Source: Spirochaetia bacterium (GTDB lineage Bacteria; Spirochaetota; Spirochaetia; SZUA-6; Bin103). From it: 64,000 nt of DNA. Position 1 is the stretch's first letter, and each line of letters begins with the position of its first letter. The notes under the pieces are model-generated. The model worked only from the letters and a program-made list of their open reading frames with translations. It made no database searches and had not been told where the DNA came from. A program made the position numbers and the translations under genes. Shown here in pieces: positions 47,117-55,723 of the stretch. The stretch spans positions 3,360,001 to 3,424,000 of the forward strand of contig OZ241907.1 in the NCBI GenBank assembly GCA_965203515.1, in the 5' to 3' direction.

Positions 47117-47494
47117 ATGAAACGTGAAGCGATCACCCCGCAGGAGGGACCTCCGGCCGGCGGTCCCTACTCGCCCATCATCCGCTACGGAGACGTGGCC
47201 TTCATCTCCGGACAGGTCGCGCTCGACCCCGCCACCGGACAGGCGGTGCGCGATTCGTTCGAGGCGGAGGCCCATCAGGTGCTGCGCAACCTTCGCACGC
47301 AGGTGGAGGCCGCCGGCTCCGGCATGGACAAGGTGCTCAAGACCACCGTGTTCCTGGCGGACATGGACAACTTCGCACGGCTGAACGAGATCTACGTACA
47401 GTACTTCCGGGAGCCGCGGCCGGCGCGCAGCACCATCCAGGCCGCTCCTCCCGGCGGTTACCGGGTCGAGATCGAGGCGATCGTCGGCTGCTGA
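47117..47494 (+). CDS. ridA: RidA family enamine/imine deaminase
   Basis: GPYS, FISGQV, KTTVFLADM, NEIY, PARS, VEIEAI. Confidence 0.9.
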   Translation: MKREAITPQEGPPAGGPYSPIIRYGDVAFISGQVALDPATGQAVRDSFEAEAHQVLRNLRTQVEAAGSGMDKVLKTTVFLADMDNFARLNEIYVQYFREPRPARSTIQAAPPGGYRVEIEAIVGC

Positions 47495-47513
47495 TCCGGT
47501 CGGCTGTTGACCC

Positions 47514-47723
47514 GTGCACGGCTTGCTCGTGGCTGCCGGCCTGCTGTTGCTGAGCGCCGCGTCCTTCACGCTCGCGCTGCCGATCCTGGACTTCACCGGC
47601 ACGCTCCGACGGCTGTTCGCCGGCTATCCGGCCACGCCGGAGACCGCGGCGCGTCTGGCGATCGCCGGGGCGGTCTGTCTGCTGCTCGGCTGGCTGTGGT
47701 ACCGCCGGCGGGACGGCGCCTGA
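47514..47723 (+). CDS. Small two-TM hypothetical protein
   Basis: 69 aa with two hydrophobic helices and GC-type codon use; overlaps the pyrG 3' extension. Confidence 0.5.
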   Translation: MHGLLVAAGLLLLSAASFTLALPILDFTGTLRRLFAGYPATPETAARLAIAGAVCLLLGWLWYRRRDGA

Positions 47724-49531
47724 GGGGCGCTGCCGCTCGCCGGCGGCCTGGTCGAGCGGCGCCGGCCGGCCAGGCTGGCGTCGATCAGGCCCGCGAACAC
47801 CGGGCTGGGAGCGCCGGGTCGGCTCAGGAACTCCGGGTGGTACTGGACGCCGAAGTAGAACGGGTGGCCGGGCAGTTCCGCCACCTGCACGATCGGTTGT
47901 CCCGGCGCCCACCCGGAGAAGACCATCCCGTGACGCTCCAACAGCGGCCGGAAGAGCGGATTGAGCTCGTAGCGGTGCCGGAAGCGCTCCTCGGCGCGCT
48001 CCGACCGATACAGGCGGGCGGCGAGCGAGCCGGGCCGCAGCATAACGGTGCGCCGGCCCAGGCGCATGGAGCCGCCGATCCCCTCGATCTTGTACTGCTC
48101 CGGCAGCAGCAGGACGATCGGAGATTCGGTCCGGGGGTCTACCTCCTGGGTGTTGGCCTCCGTCAGCCCGCAGCGGTCTCGGGCGAACTCCACCATCGCC
48201 GCCTGGAAGCCGTAGCAGATGCCGAGCATCGGCATCCCGTGCGTGCGGGCGTAGGCGACGCAGGCGATCTTTCCTTCCCAGCCGCGGCGGCCGAAACCGC
48301 CCGGCACCACCAGGCCGTCCAGGTCCTGCAGGTGCTCGGCCGCCTGCCGTGCGCGCGCCGGCGGTGAGCCGGCGGCGTCGATCAGTTCCGACGACACGTC
48401 GACCGCCTCCACCCGAACGTTCCGGTCGGTGCCGGCGTGCTCCAGGGCGTTGTGGATGCTGGCGTAGGTGTCGCGCGGCCCCAGGTACTTGCCGGCGATG
48501 CCGATGCGCACGATCCGCCGCGTACGCGTGAGCGCTTCCAGATAGCGCTGCAACCCGCCGGGCGCGGGTGTGGGCGCGGGTCTCTGCGTGGCGTCGGCGC
48601 CGCTCGCGTTGCCGGCCGGCGTCCGTCCCGCCATGCCGAAGTACTCCAGGCAGATCGCGTCGACGCTCTGCTCCTGCAGGTGGCCGGGCACGCGGTAGAT
48701 GGAGCGCTGGTTGTGCAGGTCGATGACGTTCCGCACCGGCATGCGGAGCCGGTCGGCCAGCTTCTGCCGCACGCCCGGCTCGACCGCGTTCTCGGCCCGG
48801 CAGACCAGCATCTGCGGCTTGATCCCCATCTGCATGAGGAGTTGCGTGCCGTGCTGCGCGGCCTTGCTCTTCTGCTCGTTCAGATGGTGCGCCTCGATGA
48901 TCCACACCAGGTTGATGAAGAAGACGTTGCGCTCGCCCTCCTGATAGGCCAGGTCGCTCATCGCCGAGATGTACGCCCGGTTTTCCTCGTCGCCGACCGT
49001 GCCGCCGATCTCCACCAGCGTGATGTCAGCGCCGGACGCCTGCGTCGACTCGCGCACGAAGCGCACCAGCTCGCCGGTGACGTGCGGGAAGAACTGCACG
49101 TCCGACCCCGAAAACTGGCCGCTCCGCTCCAGCGCGTTGATACGCTGGCTAAGCCGACCGTTGGTGAAGTAGTTGTGCTGCGACATGCTCCGGCCCATGA
49201 ACCGCTCGTAGGTGCCGATGTCCATGTCGCACTCGGTGCCGTCGTCGAGGACGAACACCTCGCCGTGGCGGTACGGGCTCAGCGTGCCGGCGTCCTCGTT
49301 GTAATAGCCGTCCATCTTGATCAGGTTGGTGGAGAACCCGCGGTCGGCCAGCAGGCGCGCCAGGGCGGCCGAGAAGATGCCCTTGCCCAGCCCGCTCATC
49401 ACGCTGCCGGTGACGATGACGAAGCGCGCCTGACCGACCCGGTAGCCGTCCGGCAGGGCGCGGTAGCGCTCGCCGGGGTCGGAGACGTCGCTCAGGGCGC
49501 GCAGCGCGCCGGGCACCGGCCGGTCGCTCAT
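47624..49531 (-). CDS. pyrG: CTP synthase (divergent)
   Basis: VTGSVMSGLGKG, GTLSPYRHGEVFVLDDG.E.DMD, EIGGTVGD, VPGGFG, GICYGFQ, ERFRHRYE, QYHPEF. Confidence 0.95.
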   Translation of the reverse strand: MSDRPVPGALRALSDVSDPGERYRALPDGYRVGQARFVIVTGSVMSGLGKGIFSAALARLLADRGFSTNLIKMDGYYNEDAGTLSPYRHGEVFVLDDGTECDMDIGTYERFMGRSMSQHNYFTNGRLSQRINALERSGQFSGSDVQFFPHVTGELVRFVRESTQASGADITLVEIGGTVGDEENRAYISAMSDLAYQEGERNVFFINLVWIIEAHHLNEQKSKAAQHGTQLLMQMGIKPQMLVCRAENAVEPGVRQKLADRLRMPVRNVIDLHNQRSIYRVPGHLQEQSVDAICLEYFGMAGRTPAGNASGADATQRPAPTPAPGGLQRYLEALTRTRRIVRIGIAGKYLGPRDTYASIHNALEHAGTDRNVRVEAVDVSSELIDAAGSPPARARQAAEHLQDLDGLVVPGGFGRRGWEGKIACVAYARTHGMPMLGICYGFQAAMVEFARDRCGLTEANTQEVDPRTESPIVLLLPEQYKIEGIGGSMRLGRRTVMLRPGSLAARLYRSERAEERFRHRYELNPLFRPLLERHGMVFSGWAPGQPIVQVAELPGHPFYFGVQYHPEFLSRPGAPSPVFAGLIDASLAGRRRSTRPPASGSAPQAPSRRRYHSQPSSRQTAPAIARRAAVSGVAG

Positions 49532-49544
49532 GCGACGTGCTCGC

Positions 49545-50768
49545 TCATGCGGCGTGCAGGTGGCTGAGCTTGTTGCCGTAGTAGGAGGCCAGGTGAGGGT
49601 GGTGGATGAATATCTCCCGGTCGTCGTACTCCAGGGTCCGGTACGACTTGGTGGCGATGATCGGAATGTGTGGGTAGTTGAACAGCTCCGCGGTGCGTTG
49701 CAGCAGCTCCTCCAGCGACTTGCGCTTGCCGTCCCGGTACAGCGGGCCGGTATCGAGGCCGGCTCCTTCGGCGGCGGTGATGGTCCGGTCGACGCGTTCC
49801 GCCAGCTCGGTGCGGGAGATGCGGAAGCGGTTGTCGAGCGACGCGAACACCGCCGTGCTCTCGTACACGCGGATCAGACGGGCGAGCCGTTCGTACACGG
49901 CGCGAGCCACCACCTTCGCGCGTGCGCGCAGGTCGGCGGCCATCGCCTCCCCGAACTTGATCACCACCCGCGAGCGCTGGTTGCGGATGCGCCGCGTGAT
50001 CGGCACGCGAATGAACGCGTAGTAGTTGTCATAGACGTACTTGGCAAACTTGCTCTGCCGCGGTCCGGCCCGGTAGGAGCGGAACACCAGGTCCTCCGGC
50101 ACCCGCTCGTAGGAGATGTTGATGGGAACGTAGCTCGCCCGTTCCATGCGCAGGTCGCGCAGGGCGTTGCGGACGGTCAGAAAGACCAGCGGCGACAACG
50201 GGTTCAGGCGGCCGGAATAGGAGCGGCCGTACTTCACCTCGCCGGTGAACTCGTCGGCCTCGTAGCCGGGGAACACCATGAGGTGCAGCCCGTCGCTGCT
50301 GAGCACCCGCTTGAGTTGATCGAGGTACAGGGCGTTGTACTGGTCGCGGGTCACGATCACCGGGCGGAAGCCGAGCGACTTGAGGATCAGGTTCGGGAAC
50401 CAGCGGCGCGCATGGAAGGCGTGCCGGTCGCGCACCACCATGAAGGCGCCGCACTTGCGCAGGAAGGTGTCGAGCGGCCCGATGAACAGGTTGTCCCCGG
50501 CCTGCACGGCGGCGCGGATGCCGTGCAGCGTCAGGTATGCCTGCAGCATCATCCAGTCGTACTCGCTCTGGTGGTTGGGGACGAAGACCAGCCGTTCGCC
50601 GGCTTCCGAGCGGCGCTTGGCTTCTTCCAGGCCCTCGATCTCGACCTCCGCGAAGCAGGAACTGAACAGGTGGCGGTCGACGCCGGCTGCCACGCGGTGC
50701 ACGTAGCGCTCGCTGCGCCGGTGGTGCAGCAGGTCGAGCAGCTCGGCCCGGCCGAGGTCGCTCCTCAC
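49545..50768 (-). CDS. PlsB/GNPAT-like glycerolipid acyltransferase
   Basis: VPNHQSEYD (HX4D), QAGDNL, GAF...R, GRSYSG, VPINISYE. Confidence 0.75.
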   Translation of the reverse strand: MRSDLGRAELLDLLHHRRSERYVHRVAAGVDRHLFSSCFAEVEIEGLEEAKRRSEAGERLVFVPNHQSEYDWMMLQAYLTLHGIRAAVQAGDNLFIGPLDTFLRKCGAFMVVRDRHAFHARRWFPNLILKSLGFRPVIVTRDQYNALYLDQLKRVLSSDGLHLMVFPGYEADEFTGEVKYGRSYSGRLNPLSPLVFLTVRNALRDLRMERASYVPINISYERVPEDLVFRSYRAGPRQSKFAKYVYDNYYAFIRVPITRRIRNQRSRVVIKFGEAMAADLRARAKVVARAVYERLARLIRVYESTAVFASLDNRFRISRTELAERVDRTITAAEGAGLDTGPLYRDGKRKSLEELLQRTAELFNYPHIPIIATKSYRTLEYDDREIFIHHPHLASYYGNKLSHLHAA

Positions 50769-50780
50769 CGCCGGCTCGCG

Positions 50781-52184
50781 CTACCGGCGCGGCCGGAAGA
50801 TGTGGGTGGCGGTGCCGAACAGGACCTCGCTCGCTTCCATCAGCGTCTCCGACAGCGTCGGATGCGGATGGATCGTCAAGCGCACGTCGGTGGCGACCGC
50901 CCCCATCTCGATCGCCAGCACCGCCTCCGCGATCAGCTCGCCGGCGCCGGGGCCGGCGATGCCGCAGCCGAGCACCCGGTCGGTGCCCGGGTCGACCAGC
51001 AGCTTGGTGAGTCCCTCCGAGCGGCCCAGGGTGGTCGCGCGGCCGGAGGCCGTCCACGGAAAGCGGCTCACCTGCACGTCGCGGCCGTGCGCCTTGGCCT
51101 CGGTCTCCGTCAGCCCGCACCAGGCGATCTCGGGATCGGTGAAGACCACTGCCGGAATCGCCTGCGGCTCGAAGGCGACCCGCCGGCCGGCCGCCGCCTC
51201 GGCGGCGACGCGCCCTTCGTGCGACGCCTTGTGCGCCAGCATCGGCTGCCCGGCCACGTCGCCGACCGCAAAGATCGCCCGGTCGCCGGTCCGTTGCTGA
51301 TCGTCGTGCTCGATGAACCCGTCCGCGCCGACCGCGGCGCCGGTCCGCTCCAGACCGAGGCCGCCGGAGTTCGGCACGCGGCCGACGCTCACCAGCATCC
51401 GGTCGTAGCGTTCGGCGCCGTCTGTCGCTCCCGACAGCGTCACCGCCAAGCCGTCGTCGGTCTCCGCGACGGCGTCGACGCGAGTGCCGGTATGGACCGC
51501 GGCGAGCGAGCCGCGCAGCCGGCGTTCCAGCACGCCGACCAGGTCGCGGTCGACCCCCGGCAGCAGGCCGTCGGTCATCTCCACCACGGTCACGGCGCTG
51601 CCGAGCGCCGCGTACGCGCTGCCCAGCTCCAGCCCGATGTAGCCGCCGCCGACCACCAGCAGCCGGCCGGGGACGTCCGGCAGCTCCAGCGCGGAGGTGG
51701 AATCGAGCACCCGGTCGGAGTCGAGGCTCAGCGCCGGCACCGTCGCCGGCCGCGATCCGGTAGCGATGATCGCGTGATCGAAGGCGACGCGCCGCTCACC
51801 GTCGGCGGTGCTCACGGCGATCTCGCGGGAGCCGGTGAAGCGGCCGCGACCCTGCACCAGGGTCACCTTGCGCTGCCTGGCCAGCGAGCCGAGCCCGCCG
51901 GTCATCCGGCTTACCACCGATCCCTTCCAGGCGCGCACCGCGTCCGGATCGATCTGCGGCTCGCCGAAGCGGACGCCCCATGCCTCCGCATCCCGTGCGT
52001 CGCCGATCACCTTGGCGACGTGCAGCAGCGCCTTGGACGGGATGCAGCCGCGATACAGGCAGACGCCGCCCGGGTTCGGCGCATCGTCGATCAGGGTCAC
52101 CGACAGCCCCAGGTCGGCTGCCAGAAAGGCGGCCGCATACCCTCCGGGGCCGCCGCCCAGTACCGCGAGCCGTTGCGCGCTCAC
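50781..52184 (-). CDS. lpdA: Dihydrolipoyl dehydrogenase
   Basis: GGGPGGY, GGVCLYRGCIPSK, GGGYIGLE, LAHKA, HPHPTLSE. Confidence 0.96.
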   Translation of the reverse strand: MSAQRLAVLGGGPGGYAAAFLAADLGLSVTLIDDAPNPGGVCLYRGCIPSKALLHVAKVIGDARDAEAWGVRFGEPQIDPDAVRAWKGSVVSRMTGGLGSLARQRKVTLVQGRGRFTGSREIAVSTADGERRVAFDHAIIATGSRPATVPALSLDSDRVLDSTSALELPDVPGRLLVVGGGYIGLELGSAYAALGSAVTVVEMTDGLLPGVDRDLVGVLERRLRGSLAAVHTGTRVDAVAETDDGLAVTLSGATDGAERYDRMLVSVGRVPNSGGLGLERTGAAVGADGFIEHDDQQRTGDRAIFAVGDVAGQPMLAHKASHEGRVAAEAAAGRRVAFEPQAIPAVVFTDPEIAWCGLTETEAKAHGRDVQVSRFPWTASGRATTLGRSEGLTKLLVDPGTDRVLGCGIAGPGAGELIAEAVLAIEMGAVATDVRLTIHPHPTLSETLMEASEVLFGTATHIFRPRR

Positions 52185-52397
52185 GCCGCCCTCGTCGCCG
52201 CCGGCGACCTTGCCACCGCCGGCGACCTTGCCACCGCTTCGCCCAGCTTCGGTCGGATCATCGCGGTATCATCGCCGCGCGGCGCCGGCAGGGCAAGCCT
52301 GCCGGACAGCGCAGGGTGCCGGGCGGCGCAAAGGGCCGGCCGCGCAAGGTGCCGGGCCGCGCGAACGGTGGTATACTACCCGCAACCGGAGGACCCG

Positions 52398-52652
52398 ATG
52401 GTGACGATCATCCTGAGCATCGCGATCATGATCGCCGCCGCAGCCGCGCTGTCGCTCAAGGTGCTGCTCGGGCAGCAACGCGAGGTGAAGCGCTTTGGTT
52501 GCGGCAGCTTCGTTCCCATCGACCACGGCCGCGCGGCAGGCGCGTCCGCCACCTGCGGCGTGTGCGGCGCCCACGACGGGGAAGCGTGCCGGGTCGATGA
52601 CGACGCCCTGGCGGCCGATCGGACCGACCGCCCCGACTTCTCGCGCAACTGA
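52398..52652 (+). CDS. Small membrane-anchored Cys-rich protein (NqrM-like)
   Basis: Extended -10 TGgTATACT (52369-52377), GGAGG RBS; N-terminal TM, then GCGS...CGVCG.....C. Confidence 0.65.
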   Translation: MVTIILSIAIMIAAAAALSLKVLLGQQREVKRFGCGSFVPIDHGRAAGASATCGVCGAHDGEACRVDDDALAADRTDRPDFSRN

Positions 52653-52695
52653 CGCACCCCGGACCGCGGCGGGTAGAATCGCGCCGGTACCGGCC

Positions 52696-54174
52696 GTGAC
52701 CGAATCTTCCGCATCGTCCCCGCCGCCGCCGTCCCCGCCGTCGCCGTCCCCGTCGGCCGCGCCTGCGGGGCGCTACCGCCGTGCGGTCGACCGTCTCATG
52801 CAGCTCGCCGACTTCGAGCGTGCCCGCCACAGCCCTGCGCACCGCACCTTCCGGCTCGACCGCATCCGCGCGCTCCTGCAGCGGCTCGGCGACCCGCACC
52901 TGTCGGTGCCGACGCTGCACGTCACCGGCACCAACGGCAAGGGCAGCACCTCGGCGATGCTCAGCTCGATGCTGCAGGCGCACGGCCTGCGCGTCGGGCT
53001 GTACACCTCTCCTCATCTGCTGCAGGTGACCGAACGGATCCGCCACGGTCTCGATCCGATCGAACCGGCCGGGTTCGCGCGCCTGGTCGACGCGGTCTGG
53101 GAACCGCTGCGGCAGGTCGCGCGGGACACGCCGTTCGGCGAACCGACCACGGTCGAGGCGCTTACCGCCATGGCGCTGCTCCACTTCCGGCAGGCCGGGG
53201 TCGACGCGCAGGTGATCGAGGTCGGTCTGGGCGGCGAGCTCGACTCCACCAACGTGGTGACGCCGTCGGTCTGCGCGATCACCAACATCAGCTTCGATCA
53301 CGTCGCCGTGCTCGGCCCCACGATCGAAAGCATCGCCCGCGCCAAGGCCGGCATCATCAAGCGGGGCGTACCGGTGGTGCTGGCCCCGCAGATGGAGGGG
53401 GCGCTGGAGGTCGTCCTGGGCGTGGCCGCCCGGCAGCGCGCGCCGGTGATCCAGGTCGGCGCCGGCGTCCGCTGGTCGGTCGACGACGACGCCGGCGACC
53501 GCCAGCGGCTGGACCGCCAGCGGCTGCAGGTGGAGACCCCGCGCGGACGCTACCGGATCGACCTGCCGCTCGCCGGCGACTACCAGGGAGAGAACGCCGC
53601 GGTGGCGGTCGCCGCCGGCGAGCTGTTCCTGGGAGAACGCCTCGATCCGCAGGCGGTGCGGCGCGGCTTGGCGGCCGTGCGCTGGCCGGGCCGGCTGGAG
53701 CGCCTGTGGTGGCGCGGCGTGCAGGTGATCGTCGACGGGGCGCACAGCCCGTACGCGATGCAGCGTATGGTGGGCGCGCTTGCCGGGCGGGTCGATCCGC
53801 AGCGCACCGTAGCGGTGGTCGGCGCCCTCACCGGCCACGACCTGGTGGAGACCTTGCAGCCGCTGCGCCGCCTCACCGGCCGCGCCTACGCGGTCCGGTC
53901 GCATCACCCGCGCGCCGAACCGGCGCAGGCGGTCGCCGCGGCGCTGCGACAGGAAGGGTTCGCGGTGCTGGGCGGCGGCGACGACATCGCCGCCGCCGCC
54001 GGCGCTGCGGCGGCCGGCGTCGGCGCCGACCGCCGGCCTCAGACCGTCATCGCCACCGGGTCGCTGTCGGTGGTCGCCGAGGTGATCGCCTGCGTGCGCG
54101 GCGTGCCGGTGGAGACCTATCCGACCATCCGCGGCCGCGCGCCGGACCGCGCCGCGCGGCCCGCTCCCCGATGA
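52696..54174 (+). CDS. folC: Folylpolyglutamate synthase/dihydrofolate synthase
   Basis: HVTGTNGKGST, YTSPHL, IEVGLGG.LDSTN, DH...LG, KAGIIK, WPGRLE, VDGAH, ATGSL. Confidence 0.93.
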   Translation: MTESSASSPPPPSPPSPSPSAAPAGRYRRAVDRLMQLADFERARHSPAHRTFRLDRIRALLQRLGDPHLSVPTLHVTGTNGKGSTSAMLSSMLQAHGLRVGLYTSPHLLQVTERIRHGLDPIEPAGFARLVDAVWEPLRQVARDTPFGEPTTVEALTAMALLHFRQAGVDAQVIEVGLGGELDSTNVVTPSVCAITNISFDHVAVLGPTIESIARAKAGIIKRGVPVVLAPQMEGALEVVLGVAARQRAPVIQVGAGVRWSVDDDAGDRQRLDRQRLQVETPRGRYRIDLPLAGDYQGENAAVAVAAGELFLGERLDPQAVRRGLAAVRWPGRLERLWWRGVQVIVDGAHSPYAMQRMVGALAGRVDPQRTVAVVGALTGHDLVETLQPLRRLTGRAYAVRSHHPRAEPAQAVAAALRQEGFAVLGGGDDIAAAAGAAAAGVGADRRPQTVIATGSLSVVAEVIACVRGVPVETYPTIRGRAPDRAARPAPR

Positions 54175-54196
54175 GCGCTGCGCTGCGGAGCCGCGC

Positions 54197-55435
54197 ATGA
54201 CCGCCTCGGCGATTCTGGCGCTCTATCTGACGCTGTTCGCGCTGCAGCGGGTGGTGGAGACCGGCCTGGGCATCCTCAACCTGCGCCACGGGCGCGCGCA
54301 GCGCGTCCCGCCGCCGGCGCTCGACGGGGCGGTGGACGGCGCCACCCACGCGCGCATGCGCGACTATGCGCAGGCGCGCGGCCGCTTCGCGCTGCTGGCC
54401 AACTCCGTTTCGGCGGCCGCGGTGCTGGCGGTGGCGCTGAGCGGCGTGCTCGGCGCCCTCGATGCCGCGGTGGGCCGGCTGGCGCTGCACCCCTATCTGG
54501 CGGGAGGGCTCTACGTGCTGGCCGTCGGCGCCTTCTTCAGCGCGCTGGGCATACCGACGGCGCTCTATTCGCAGTTCGTGATCGAGCAGCGCTTCGGCTT
54601 CAATCGGACGACGCTCCGGCTGTTCCTGCTCGATCGCCTGAAGGGCGGCCTCATCTCCCTGCTCCTCGGCGCGGTCGTGCTGCTGGTGCTGTTCGTCTTC
54701 ATGGACCGCGCCGGCAGCCTCTGGTGGCTGTACGCGGGCGGCGTCATCGTCGCCTTCCAGGTCGTGCTACTGGTGCTCTATCCCACCCTGATCGCGCCGC
54801 TGTTCAACCGCTTCGTCCCGATCGGCGAAGGCGAGGTGCGCGCGCGGCTGGCGGCGCTCGTCGGGCGGTTGGGCTATCGCCTGCGCGGCATCTTCGTGAT
54901 GGACGGCAGCAAACGCTCCCGGCACAGCAACGCCTATTTCACCGGGCTGGGGCCGGTGAAGCGGATCGTGCTGTTCGACACGCTGCTCGACCAGCTCGAC
55001 ACTGCCGAGATCGAGGCGGTGGTCGCGCACGAGATCGGCCACGAGCGGCTGCGGCACGTACCGCAGCGGCTGGCGCTGTCGGTGGCGGCGACCGGAGTCG
55101 GGCTCTGGATCCTGAGCCTGCTACTCGATTACGCGCCGCTGTTCGCGGCGTTCGGCGTGCGCGAGCCGAGCCACCACGCGGCGCTGGTGCTGTTCAGCCT
55201 GCTGGCCGGGCCGTTCACGTTCTGGCTGGGACCGCTGTCGGCGCTGTGGTCGCGCCGCCACGAGTACGCCGCCGACCGGTTCGCGGCGGCTTCGGTCGCG
55301 CCCGGGCCGCTGGCCGGCGCGTTGATCAAGCTGAGCCGGGACAACCTGGCAAACCTGTCCCCGCATCCCTGGTACAGCTTCTACCACTATTCGCATCCCA
55401 CCCTGGTCGAACGGCTGCAGGCGCTCCGGTCTTGA
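54197..55435 (+). CDS. M48 family Ste24-like zinc metallopeptidase
   Basis: IE.RFGFN, IAPLFN, MDGSKRS.HSNAYFTG, FDTL, HEIGH, EYAAD, YSHP.L.ERL. Confidence 0.93.
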   Translation: MTASAILALYLTLFALQRVVETGLGILNLRHGRAQRVPPPALDGAVDGATHARMRDYAQARGRFALLANSVSAAAVLAVALSGVLGALDAAVGRLALHPYLAGGLYVLAVGAFFSALGIPTALYSQFVIEQRFGFNRTTLRLFLLDRLKGGLISLLLGAVVLLVLFVFMDRAGSLWWLYAGGVIVAFQVVLLVLYPTLIAPLFNRFVPIGEGEVRARLAALVGRLGYRLRGIFVMDGSKRSRHSNAYFTGLGPVKRIVLFDTLLDQLDTAEIEAVVAHEIGHERLRHVPQRLALSVAATGVGLWILSLLLDYAPLFAAFGVREPSHHAALVLFSLLAGPFTFWLGPLSALWSRRHEYAADRFAAASVAPGPLAGALIKLSRDNLANLSPHPWYSFYHYSHPTLVERLQALRS

Positions 55436-55505
55436 CCGGCCGGCCATTTCCGTATTGAACTGCCGTAGTTGGCTGCCGTATTGGCTGCACGTCCTGAAAG
55501 AAGAG

Positions 55506-55579
55506 GGGCCCATAGCTCAGTCGGTTAGAGCGGCGGACTCATAATCCGTTGGTCCAAGGTTCAAGTCCTTGTGGGCCCA
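55506..55579 (+). tRNA. tRNA-Ile2 (CAT anticodon, lysidine-modified), CCA not encoded
   Basis: Acceptor GGGCCCA/TGGGCCC, D-arm TAGCTCAGTCGGTTAGAGC, anticodon arm GCGGA-CTCATAA-TCCGT, T-loop GTTCAAGTC. Confidence 0.93.
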
Positions 55580-55591
55580 TGTCGTCCGTTT

Positions 55592-55645
55592 CGTCGGTCA
55601 AGGCCCCCGCGTCGGCCAAGGCCCCCGCGTCGGTCAAGGCCTCCG
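55592..55645. repeat. 3 x 18-bp tandem repeat CGTCGGYCAAGGCCYCCG
   Basis: Direct reading: 55592-55609, 55610-55627, 55628-55645. Confidence 0.9.
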
Positions 55646-55723
55646 CCTGCCGTGCGGGTCGCTGCGGTGCCTCACCGTCCTCCGGTCCGCCAGCCACGCA
55701 GTGAGCGGCCCGGCGTCGTGACC

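Noticed and set aside
49530..52397. First ~955 aa of the 1040-aa + strand ORF
   Set aside because: Shadow of the acyltransferase and lpdA; only the last 84 codons have a promoter, RBS and protein-like sequence.
55506..55579. tRNA-Met/fMet call, or an integrated element at this tRNA
   Set aside because: No C1:A72 mismatch or GGG/CCC anticodon stem of fMet, and the sequence resembles Ile2 tRNAs. No integrase or duplicated tRNA 3' end is visible in the window.
55592..55645. Possible mini CRISPR array
   Set aside because: The repeats are contiguous with no spacers, and there are no cas genes in the window.
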